DNA of 64,000 nucleotides from Caecitellus pseudoparvulus (Eukaryota; Protista; Bigyra: Bicosoecida): positions 1-64,000 of the forward strand of contig CBFFRQ010000052.1 in the NCBI GenBank assembly GCA_965644315.1, in the 5' to 3' direction. The notes below the pieces were generated by a model. That model saw only the letters and a program-made list of their open reading frames with translations. It did not search any database and was not told where the DNA came from. A program made the translations under genes and the position numbers. Shown piece after piece: positions 1 to 10,861 of the stretch. Position 1 is the first letter of the stretch, and every line of letters begins with the position of its first letter.

Positions 1-90
1 TTGCGCGGAGCTTCCGTGTGCACATAGCACCACATGCGGAGTGACGCGCGGCCCGCCCCACCCAGCCCTGCGACGACCTCCCATTCGCAG

Positions 91-3000
91 TGGTCAGAGC
101 TACGTGTACGCGAACTGCTCGCAGACTGCGCCTTTGGAGGTGGGTGTGGGGGAGGAGCTGTACGTTTCCGCGTTGCCGCAGGGTGGTTGGGAGGCTGGTG
201 TCAGCTGCTCCTGGACCATCACAGCGGCCACGCCGAAGAACCTGCGGGCTGATGCTATGTACATCGATGCCCCTGCAGCCACTCTCTACATCGATGTGCA
301 GTCGTTTGATGGGAGGTTCGAGACGAGGGAACTTGTGTCAACCCTCAACGTGCTTCAGAACAGGGCACGGCCGGGGACTGCCGTCACTGCTGGCCAAATT
401 GACTTGACCTTTACCCCTGGATCCATCACACCAACGTCCGGGCAAGGCTTTCAGTTCCGTTTCACGGCAACTGACGAGGCCCCGCCAGACTCACCTGGCT
501 TTCCTGCAGTGTCCAACAGGCCAACTCCATCTGGGACCCCCTCCGTGACCCCCTCCGTGTCTACCTCACCGTCCACCTCACCCAGCCCAAGCACCTTCCC
601 CGCATCAGGCACAGTGCTGGTGGACTGCCAAGACACAGCGCCCATCCGCCTGGGGCTCGGGGCACAGGCCATCATCCAGTACTACCAGGGAGATCCAGGC
701 GAGCTGCCGTCGTGGGGTGACTGTGCGTGGACGGTGGTGGGGGGAGCGGGTGCAAACATCCGGGCGACGTTGATGGCGTTTGACAGCAGCAGTTACTCCA
801 CGTTTGCCCGGTTTGAGTGGCATTCAGACTCTATGAACACGAACCGTATTCAGAGCCCGTTCACGTGGGGAGGCCGCAGCAGCACCAACGCGTTGGTCAT
901 GAGCTCTGCCAGTGACTTCACCATTGGCTTGACGCGCTCTTTTGCGACGTACCTGGACTTCACGCTGGTTGTGGAGGGGGTCAGCAGTGCGCCTGGCGCT
1001 CCGGCGTCTCCGAACCCATCTCCGACTCCGGCAGCCGCAAGTGGGACCCCAACGCCAACGCCAATGCCACTATCAGAAGGGGTCGTGTTCTTGGACAGTG
1101 TTTCAGAGCATACAGAGGTTCGATTGGGCATTGGAGGTGTGGTTTGGCTGCAGCCCTTCACCACTGCTCCTGGGCGACTGCTGCTGGGGGGTCCGAGTCA
1201 AACCTGGGGCATCACGGCCGGCCCATCTGTGCGCGTGCGCTACAGCATTGTCTGGCACGACTTCTCTGCAAACACCGAGCCAGCTCTCTGCAAACCGCGT
1301 CTGAATGGACAAAGTGATTGTTTGAGCCAGAGTGAGACCTCCTTGGGCTTATCAGGCTCTTTCAATGGGCGATTACAATTCTCCTGGACTTCGGGAGTTC
1401 GATATCAGCCTGCTGGCATGGCAGATGGCGGTTTCCTGATGCGCCTGGAGGGCATTCCCATCTCAGGCACCATCCCGTCGGCCACCCCCCCTCCAGCCGT
1501 GCTGCCAAGCCCTGCACCCGGCAGCGCTGTCGTGTCTGGTGCTGAGATTGTGGACGTGTCTGTGACGCCGTTCAACGCGACGCTGGTGCCGGGATCTGAG
1601 CTGACGATTCGCAGTCTTCGAGACATGCGACCACTTACGAGCGGAGGCGACTACAGCTGGTCTGTTCGTGTGGAGCCTGGAGCGTTCATTCGAGTGGAGA
1701 TCACGAAAGTTGTGAATGCTTCAGGTGGCGCAATTATGGTGTATGATGATAGCTTGCTTATCAAGTCTGTTGACTGGAGTTGGAGGTTGGCCCCATTGCA
1801 GCCTGGCACTGCTCCTGGGACAGGCATCTTTGCTGGCCCAGTTCAAATCCGAGCTTGGTCAGATAATTCTTACATTTCCCCTTTCGAGGTCAAGCTCCGG
1901 CACTGGAACATCGCCCCAGGCACGACGCCATCACCGTCGCCGTCGCCGAGTGTCACGCCGTCCATGTCGGCCACGCCCAGTGTCACGCCATCTCAGACAG
2001 CCTCACCATCTGTCACTCCATCATGGTCTGCCACTGCTTCAGTAAGCTCCTCTGGCTCGCCAAGCCCCTCCATGAGCAGCACTAGCTCGCCAACACGCGA
2101 CCCGACAAGCACTGCCATGTCCTTCACCCCACCGCCTGCCACCTCGGCAGCCGCCTCCCCGTCCACTGGCGCGTCTCCCTCATCCACACGCTCACCCACA
2201 CCCACTTCATCCCAGTCACCCTCCATGTCGCCGTCCATGTCCACGTCGCCGAGCCCCACTGCATCTGGCACCCCCCCCATGTCTGGGTACGCAGTGATGC
2301 TGCCGGTGCCAGGGTCCCCGACCCGCAAGCCGGTGCACCTGGGCAACTGCTCCTCCTGTGCGGCCAGCCTGCGCAGTGGGCAGGCAGGGGTGCCCTACGC
2401 TGGGGGCATGAACTACACGTGGATGCTGTCGCCTGAGCCGGGCATGTCTGTGCGCATCACGGTGCTGAGGCTGAACCTGAACACTGCTGGGGGCGACTCC
2501 CTGCGCATCGCGTGGGGTGCCGGTGCGGGTGGGGGCGGCACGCTGCGACGACGACGCCGGGCGTCATCTGCTGCGAGCGGGAGCGTGACGCTGACGGGGT
2601 CAAGCGTGGTGCCCTTCGGCAACTCGTCAGTGCCAGGGGACGCAGTGCTGCCGGCGCCGGTGTCAGTGAGCTTCCAGACGGGTGCAGGCGGTGGCGTGGG
2701 GGGGTATGGAGGCTTCGAGCTGGTGGGTCAGTCTGATGCGGGGAGTCCCGGGACGCCCGCTGGGCCTGGTCCCTCGCCGTCCAGCAGTCCGTCTGCAGGT
2801 CCATCTCCGTCGTCCACGGCGAGTGTGGCTGCGTCGAGCCTCGTACCGTCTCCGACTGCGTCTCCTGGGGGCCAGGCGGGTGCTGGTCAGGCTGGTCCTG
2901 GCAAGGAGGAGGAGGGCGGGCTGCCGCTGGGTGGCAGCCTTGGCATCGGTGCTGCTGCTCTGCTCGTGGTCGTGTTGGCTGGGGCTGCCATTCTGTGGTG

Positions 3001-3097
3001 GCGTCGGCAGTCTGCATCTCAACCTTCAGGCAGTGCTACTGCAGCGGAAGGAGTCGAGATGAAGGTTGTGTCGGACAACCCACTTCACAGTGTGTGA
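91..3097 (+). CDS. Single-pass cell-surface protein, copy 1 (5' exon outside window): four CUB-like beta domains, Ser/Thr/Pro mucin stalk, fifth CUB-like domain, TM helix, short tail
   Basis: ORF 41..3097. Acceptor ttcgcag ends at 90, matching the copy-2 acceptor. Repeated 'C.WT(I/V)...g..lr......F.l.f' pattern, PSxTPS linkers, TM LGIGAAALLVVVLAGAAILWW followed by RRQ. The CUB assignment is by eye. Confidence 0.8.
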
Positions 3098-3583
3098 AGT
3101 GGTCGTGCGTGAACAAGGTCCGTGAGCCGTCCGTGCCGTCTTCCCGTGGGCTGAATGCATGTCCTGGGTACTGTGATCTGGTTTGTTAGAGGTCTGAGTC
3201 TGTTGTCACATGTGCACATTTTGCTTGGGTCGCGGACAAGTTCGGTGCTGCGTTCCACACACGTTTCATCTTTGCTCTGGCAGCGCCGGAATGCGATGGT
3301 GCAATGAAGACAGCCAAGGACGGAGTTGTTGCAATGAGCCAGTGGTTTCGAAGTGAGTCTGTACTGAACGCTCAGCGTCTATCAGTGTGGGGGGATCGGG
3401 GGAGCGCAAGAGGCTCTGTCCGATTCTTTGCGCTTGTCCATGAGGTGCAGGATCATTATTGTTGTTTCATGGCTCACGCACAAACAACTCAACCTGCCGA
3501 TACCCTCCAGCCGGAGTCGACACATGCACTGATGAAATCTGGTTCCTGTGTGTTATCCTTCATCATTTCACTGGTTCATCAGT

Positions 3584-6500
3584 ATGGGAAGTGACCCACA
3601 CGCGGCCCGCAGCCGAGGGTTGAGCGCGGAAACTCGCCCTGTCCGCGGCGGCAACAGCAGGGCCTCCACACCAGCCCCCCAGGCGCTGCCTCGCCTTCTC
3701 TGCACGCTTGCATGCCTTTCATGCACCCTCCAAGGCGCCAGGTGCGTGGGAGCCCCTCTGCTGTGGCACAAACAGCGCGTGCAAGCTGCATGTTGAAGCT
3801 GTGCCGTCATTGCGCGGAGCTTCCATGTGCACAAAGCACCCCCCGCGGTGTGACGCGCTGGCCGCCCCACTCAGCCCTGCGACGACCTCCCATTCACAGT
3901 GGTCAGAGCTACGTGTACGCGAACTGCTCGCAGACTGCGCCTTTGGAGGTGGGTGTGGGGGAGGAGCTGTACGTTTCCGCGTTGCCGCAGGGTGGTTGGG
4001 AGGCTGGTGTCAGCTGCTCCTGGACCATCACAGCGGCCACGCCGAAGAACCTGCGGGCTGATGCTCTATTTGTGAGCGTCCCGTGGGCCACTCTCTACAT
4101 CGATGTGCAGTCAGACGGAGGGAGCATGGAAAGCAGGCAAGCCAGTTCCGCCACTGCCACGCTGCAGACTTTCTCCCCTGGAGGCGTTGCCGTCACAGCG
4201 GGACTGATGGAGTTGACCTTCACCCCTGGATCTCGGAGTCCGTCATCCGGGCAAGGCTTTCAGTTCCGTTTCACGGCAACTGACGAGGCCCCGCCAGACT
4301 CGCCTGGGGCCTCCGCCCCGTCCACGAAGCCCACTCCATCTGGGACCCCCTCCGTGACCCCTTCCGTGTCTACCTCACCGTCCACCTCACCCAGCCCAAG
4401 CACCTTCCCCGCATCAGGCACAGTGCTGGTGGACTGCCAAGACACAGCGCCCATCCGCCTGGGGCTCGGGGCACAGGCCATCATCCAGTACTACCAGGGA
4501 GATCCAGGCGAGCTGCCGTCGTGGGGTGACTGTGCGTGGACGGTGGTGGGGGGAGCGGGTGCAAACATCCGGGCGACGTTGATGGCGTTTGACAGCAGCG
4601 ACTACCGTACACTCGCCGAGTTTGAGTGGCACTCGGGCAGGCTCGTCAGCGAGCGTATTCAGAGCCCGTTCACGTGGGGAGGCCGCAGCAGCACCAACGC
4701 GTTGGTCATGAGCTCTGCCAGTGACTTCACCATTGGCTTGACGCGCTCTTTTGCGACGTACCTGGACTTCACGCTGGTTGTGGAGGGGGTCAGCAGTGCG
4801 CCTGGCGCTCCGGCGTCTCCGAACCCATCTCCAACCCCACCAGCCCCCAGTGAGACACCGACGCCAACACCAATGCCTCAGGAGCTGGGGACGCTGTACC
4901 TAGACAGTTTATCTTCCCAAAGCGAAGTGAACCTTGGCATTGGGGGTATGGTTTGGCTGCAGCCTTTCAACACGGCTCCTGGGCGACTGCTGCTGGGGGG
5001 TCCATACAAGCCTTTGGGCATCACGGCCGGCCCATCTGTGCGCGTGCGCTACAGCATCGTCTGGCACGACTTCTCTGCCACTAGTGGACCGCTTCTGTGC
5101 TTGTCTCAACCTTCTGGCCTGAATGCTTGCCGCAGTCGAAGCATGACGAGTCTGAGCTTGTCGGGGTCGTGGACCGGGACGAGGCGTGTGGTTTCATGGA
5201 CCCCGAACTCTGGGGGCAACCCTGCTGGGATGGTGAGCGGAGGGTTCCTGATGCGCCTGGAGGGCATTCCCATCTCAGGCACCATCCCGTCGGCCACCCC
5301 CCCTCCAGCCGTGCTGCCAAGCCCTGCACCCGGCAGCGCTGTCGTGTCTGGTGCTGAGATTGTGGACGTGTCTGTGACGCCGTTCAACGCGACGCTGGTG
5401 CCGGGGTCTGAGCTGACGGTTCGCTCTTTACGAAACATGGGCCCACTGAGCAATGGTGGGACGTACGAGTGGTCTGTTCGTGTGGAGCCTGGAGCGTTCA
5501 TTCGAGTGGAGATCACGCGCATGGTGACAACACAAGGTGGTCTCCTGATTTTTTATGACGATGGAGTGCTGGCCAAGAGCTTGACAGGGATGGACGGCCT
5601 GCAGCCATTGCAGCCTGGCTCTGCTCCTGGGACGGGCATCTTTGCTGGTCCACTTCGGCTCGTTGTTTCAGACTCCCTCGCAATTTCCCCTTTCGAGGTC
5701 AAGCTCCGGCACTGGAACATCGCCCCAGGCACGACGCCATCACCGTCGCCGTCGCCGAGTGTCACGCCGTCCATGTCGGCCACGCCCAGTGTCACGCCAT
5801 CTCAGACAGCCTCACCATCTGTCACTCCATCTCAAACGGCGTCGTCGTCCTCGACAACAACACAGACACCTACCGCGTCAGTGTCTGCGCTGTCCACGCC
5901 CAGCTCCACTGCCACGACGAGTGCCACAGCCACGACAAGTGCCAGCACATCTGGTACCCCGTCTGTCTCTCAGACTCCTGCGACGACAAGCTCCCCCACA
6001 TCGTCAGTGTCGACGTCGCCCTCGCAGACTGGCACAATGACCGCGACGGCGTCTGCTACAGCCTCGAGCTCGCCGAGCCCCTCCATGAGCAGCACTTCAG
6101 CGCCGTCACACGATCCGGCAATCTCGCCAACCGCCTCATCATCTTCCACATCCCCGCCCACGGCCTCGGCAGCCGCCTCCCCGTCCACTGGCGCGTCTCC
6201 CTCATCCACACGCTCACCCACACCCACTTCATCCCAGTCACCCTCCATGTCGCCGTCCATGTCCACGTCGCCGAGCCCCACTGCATCTGGCACCCCCCCC
6301 ATGTCTGGGTACGCAGTGATGCTGCCGGTGCCAGGGTCCCCGACCCGCAAGCCGGTGCACCTGGGCAACTGCTCCTCCTGTGCGGCCAGCCTGCGCAGTG
6401 GGCAGGCAGGGGTGCCCTACGCTGGGGGCATGAACTACACGTGGATGCTGTCGCCTGAGCCGGGCATGTCTGTGCGCATCACGGTGCTGAGGCTGAACCT

Positions 6501-7119
6501 GAACACTGCTGGGGGCGACTCCCTGCGCATCGCGTGGGGTGCCGGTGCGGGTGGGGGCGGCACGCTGCGACGACGACGCCGGGCGTCATCTGCTGCGAGC
6601 GGGAGCGTGACGCTGACGGGGTCAAGCGTGGTGCCCTTCGGCAACTCGTCAGTGCCAGGGGACGCAGTGCTGCCGGCGCCGGTGTCAATGAGCTTCCAGA
6701 CGGGTGCAGGCGGTGGCGTGGGGGGGTATGGAGGCTTCGAGCTGGTGGGTCAGTCTGATGCGGGGAGTCCCGGGACGCCCGCTGGGCCTGGTCCCTCGCC
6801 GTCCAGCAGTCCGTCTGCAGGTCCATCTCCGTCGTCCACGGCGAGTGTGGCTGCGTCGAGCCTCGTACCGTCTCCGACTGCGTCTCCTGGGGGCCAGGCG
6901 GGTGCTGGTCAGGCTGGTCCTGGCAAGGAGGAGGAGGGCGGGCTGCCGCTGGGTGGCAGCCTTGGCATCGGTGCTGCTGCTCTGCTCGTGGTCGTGTTGG
7001 CTGGGGCTGCCATTCTGTGGTGGCGTCGGCAGTCTGCATCTCAACCTTCAGGCAGTGCTACTGCAGCGGAAGGAGTCGAGATGAAGGTTGTGTCGGACAA
7101 CCCACTTCACAGTGTGTGA
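3584..7119 (+). CDS. Single-pass cell-surface protein, copy 2 (tandem paralog); exons 3584..3741 and 3900..7119
   Basis: Exon 1 MGSDPH...LPRLLCTLACLSCTLQGA is signal-peptide-like. Donor GTGCGT at 3742 and acceptor cacag at 3899 join in frame (AG+T=Ser, then GQSYVY). Same architecture as copy 1 with a stalk about 70 aa longer. Confidence 0.82.
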
Positions 7120-7332
7120 AGTGGTCGTGCGTGAACAAGGTCCGTGAGCCGTCCGTGCCGTCTTCCCGTGGGCTGAATGCATGCCCGGGCTACAAGTGTG
7201 GACAGGCTCGGTCCGGACCCAGACACCCTGGGGACTGCGATTATGAAACTGTCGAAATGTGGATCAAAACTCGCCCCCCTCAGACAGGTACGCATGTGCT
7301 AGTGTTGTGAGAGTGAGCTTGGCACCTTCACC

Positions 7333-9383
7333 ATGGCCGCAACAACGGCCAGCGTCCCAGCTGGCAGTGCAGCTGCTGCGCCACCAGTGCCAGGTGGCAG
7401 CGCGGCTGCACCTCCTGCGCCCGCCTCAGCCTCGAACAAGCCTGTACAGATTGTGCGAATCTCAGATGATGGAGCCAGTTTCACCCTCGTCGAAAGTGCC
7501 CTTGCAGAGGTGCTGGACAAGGTGCGCGGGGTGCTTCGAGCAGGTGCAGTGCATTTCGGTGTCACTGTCGATGTCCACGGCGCAGGTACCCCGAGGAATG
7601 AAGGTGTCCGTAGTTTCCATCGTTGGGGCTTTCCGCACTGGTAAAAGCTTTCTGCTGGATCTCCTCCTACGCTACCTCAGCTCGCCTGAGGGCAGCAAGG
7701 CTTCTTCAGGTGCGTGTGCCCAGTGCACTGGCGTTGTGGCCGGCCATCACACCCCGCACTCTCATGCCCCGCCCCTTTCTCGAGCAGCCCTTCCAGTTTG
7801 TGACGGCTCATCATCGTGGCTCCAGAAAGAGGGAGTTGTGGAAGGGCAAGCAGCACAAGGAGAGCAGAGTTCAGAGAGCACGGGTGGCTTCTCGTGGAGG
7901 TCTGGGCGTGAGCGCTGCACGACGGTGAGTTCTGCTTGGCGTGGGCGAGCATGGCAGGGAGCATGGCTGCAAGGCAACAAACCGAGCCCGTGTGCACTCT
8001 CAGGGTATTTGGCTGTGGAGTGAGCCGTTCTTGCGGGAGCTGCCCAGCACGAGCGGCGCCTCGCAGCGTGGCGAGACAGTGGCGGTGCTGTTGATGGACA
8101 CGCAGGGCATGTTTGACAGTGAGACGAGTCAGATGCTGACGGCCAGCATCTTTGGGCTGTCGACTCTCTTCTCCAGCATGCTCGTGTACAATGTCTCCTC
8201 GCAAGTGCGGGAGGATCACCTGCAGCTCCTCTCCCTCTTCTCGGAGTACGGCCGGCTGGCGTACTTCCAGGGTAACGACGCAGAGGAGCAGCATGCCCCC
8301 TTCCAGCACCTGCAGTTCCTTGTTCGGGACGCCACTGCGCAGGATGTGTCATGGAGAGATGCCACGCTGCCCGTTGAAGCTCTGCGTAGGGACAACGTGC
8401 GCCTGCTGGACAGCGCGCTGCGGCAGCGCTCCCTGGAGGACCTTGCAGCTACACGGGAACAGATCCACACCTGCTTCGAGCAGTTGACGGCTTTCCAGCT
8501 CCCACACCCAGGGCACGATGTGTCAGAAGGCACATTTGGCGGCAGCTTGGCTGAAGTGCGGCCAGCCTTCCTGCGCGCGATGGAGCTGTACGTGCACGAG
8601 TTGTTCACGGAGCGGCTGGCTCCCAAGAAGGTGAATGGCGCACCAGTGACAGCGCGCCAGCTCAAGTCTCTCATGGTGCAGTACTGTGCTATATTCGCTG
8701 ACGGCAGGACTCCCGAGCCGCAGTCCATGCTCAGCGCCACGGCTCAAGGCACCAACACGGCCGCAGTGGAGGAGGGGCAGCTGGACTATGAAGAGGCAAT
8801 GGACGAAGCGCTGCAGAGTGGCGAGTATGTGGACGACAAGGTCCTGGCCGCCCACCACAGAGCTGCAGAGGAAGCTGCCCTGCAGCGGTTCGACTCCATG
8901 GCCAATTTCGGGCCCCAGGCAGCCAAGGCAGCGGCCAAGGACCGCCTGAAGGGTTTCATCAGCCGCCAGTGGGCCCTGACAGCTGAGCTGAATGACGCTC
9001 GGAACCCGTGGAAGAACTTTGAAGTGTACGCGCTGGCGCTCAGCATCGTCGTGGGCGCCTTCATGGTGCGGCAGCTGCTGGAGCTGACCTGCTCCTCCTG
9101 GTCCTCAGTGTGCCACCGCAGCTCGGCCTTCCTTGCTTTCTTGTACACGACGGTGCTTGCGCTGTCTGTGGTCATGGCTGTCGTGACGGGCCAGCCAGCG
9201 GTCCAGCGTGCTCGCAGCATGCTCATGCCGCTGCTGTCCACTGGGCAAGCTGCGGTGGCAGCCCTGGTGGAGGCAAACCAGGTCAACCAGCCCTCCGTTG
9301 CACCTCTGCGACGCAATGGCTCTGACCGTGCATTGAGGCGGCAGGGATCAAGCCTGCGCAAGCGCCGTGGGGTTCAAGAGTAG
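7333..9383 (+). CDS. ATL: Atlastin (GBP-family ER membrane-fusion GTPase), multi-exon
   Basis: P-loop GAFRTGKS, GFSWRSG.ER.TT|GIWLWSEPF, DTQG, FLVRD, LPHPG, two C-terminal TM helices. Introns 7522..7585, from ~7709 and from ~7925. Confidence 0.9.
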
Positions 9384-9643
9384 CTCCCCCTGCGTCTTCT
9401 CCAGCTCACTTTTCCCCGCCGGGTAAAATTCATGTCCAGGGCACACACAGGCAGGCTCCTCATGCATGTTTTGAGGCATTCGCCCTGTTGAGGGGTGCCA
9501 GCTGCCTTCTACAGGACGCTCGCACGACAGTCAGGCTGTGGAGCAGCCTGCACTGAAGCCGGAGCACAGCAAGCTCAACCCTCGTCAGCCTCTTGCAGCA
9601 GGCTCGCGCGCTCGGCGTTGGCTTGACTAGGATACACGCAGGT

Positions 9644-10709
9644 ATGGCTGAGTGGCAAGCAGTTGAGGATCCAGACTCTGGTGCCACGTACTACTACAAT
9701 GCCACCACTGGTGCGTGTGGAGCAGGCCTTGGCCTTGCGGCTGGGTCAAGGCCCACATTTCCGCAGGCACCTGCCAGGCGAACCTCGCTGCGTGCAGCAG
9801 CGGCCGGCGGATAGCCTCGGAGCTGGCTGCGCTGGCACTCGCTGCATCCCACCACTCCCTCACAGGCGAGACTCAGTGGGAGGCACCCGAGGGGTTCGGT
9901 GCCGAAGCTACTGCCGACGCCGGCACAGCGCAAGCTGCAGGCGAGTGGACTGCACATGTTGACGAGGACAGCGGGGCCACGTACTACTACAATGCCAGCA
10001 CTGGGGAGACGACGTGGGAGATGCCAGCAGAAATGGCGGCTGCAGCCACCGAGTCCACACCTGCTTCCGGAGGAGCTGTACGTGCTGTGTTTGCCCCGTG
10101 CACTGCAGTTGCAACCCCGCTGCTGCTGCACCCCGCCAAGGCCAACTGTGCCGTGGGGGGCTCCTTGCAGGCCACGCCCTGCTCACGCTGGGGTACCTAC
10201 TGTGTGCTGCAGCGCTCACGTATGCGCTTGCCGTGTTGCGGGCTGCCCTGCTAGCATCCTGTGGCAGCTCGACGGTGCACTTCCTGAACGACTGGCCTTC
10301 TGAAATGCCGCTTGCATCACTGCACTCGCCCCCTCCTCGTCCTGCCCGCACGCAGCAACGCAAGAGCACCCTCAACCGGAAGAGCATGATGCAGAAGCGT
10401 GCCCAGGCCAGCAAGAGCAGCAAGCCCCAGACCGTGGCCGAGAAGCTGGCCGCGCGTTCGAAGCGCTTCATCCAGCTGCGCAAGGCGGAGCGGGCAGGGT
10501 CCAAGGCCGCAGCCTTCGCAGCTGCAGGAAGCCTCATGCGTTCTGCCAGCGTGGCAGGTGCAGACGAAGCGGGCGGCGAAGCTCCCGCTGGTGAGAGTGC
10601 GGCTTCACCGTGGCAGGCGGTGCTGGATGAGGACTCAGGTGCGACATACTACTACAACTCCGAGACGGGGGAGACGACGTGGGACATGCCTGAGGGCTTC
10701 GCGGGGTAG
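9644..10709 (+). CDS. Small protein with three WW domains, multi-exon
   Basis: Three copies of W....D.DSGATYYYN..TGET.W..P. Introns ~9711..9865 and ~10078..10355. Basic helical linker before the third WW. Start uncertain. Confidence 0.8.
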
Positions 10710-10861
10710 ATGTTGCTGTGCAGCCTTGCTGTGTGTGACTTCTTCTCTGTGCAATGCACTCTTTGGTGTGCTTGCCACCGTCACACGTGTTGCTCCCGCT
10801 TCAGCTTGCATTGCGCCACATTGCCGAGCTCGTCACCTCACGGGCTGCACTTCACGCACCA

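Larger units (their letters stand above)
1..7185 (+). repeat. Tandem gene duplication (1..~3165 vs ~3810..~7185) with mosaic identity
   Basis: Offset is 3809 at the 5' end and 4022 at the 3' end. 91..256 is identical to 3900..4065. ~2142..3160 vs ~6164..7182 is essentially identical (one GTG/ATG difference seen). Confidence 0.95.

Noticed and set aside
3083-3097. Class I PDZ-binding motif at the receptor C-terminus (LHSV)
   Set aside because: Position -2 is His, not Ser/Thr.
3712-3899. ORF-track N-terminus of receptor copy 2 (and 41-90 of copy 1)
   Set aside because: It mostly reads through an intron (3742-3899); the spliced version gives a plausible signal peptide.
257-5690. Diversity-generating retroelement as the source of receptor variation
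   Set aside because: Differences affect all four bases rather than only adenines, and no reverse transcriptase or template repeat is visible in the window.
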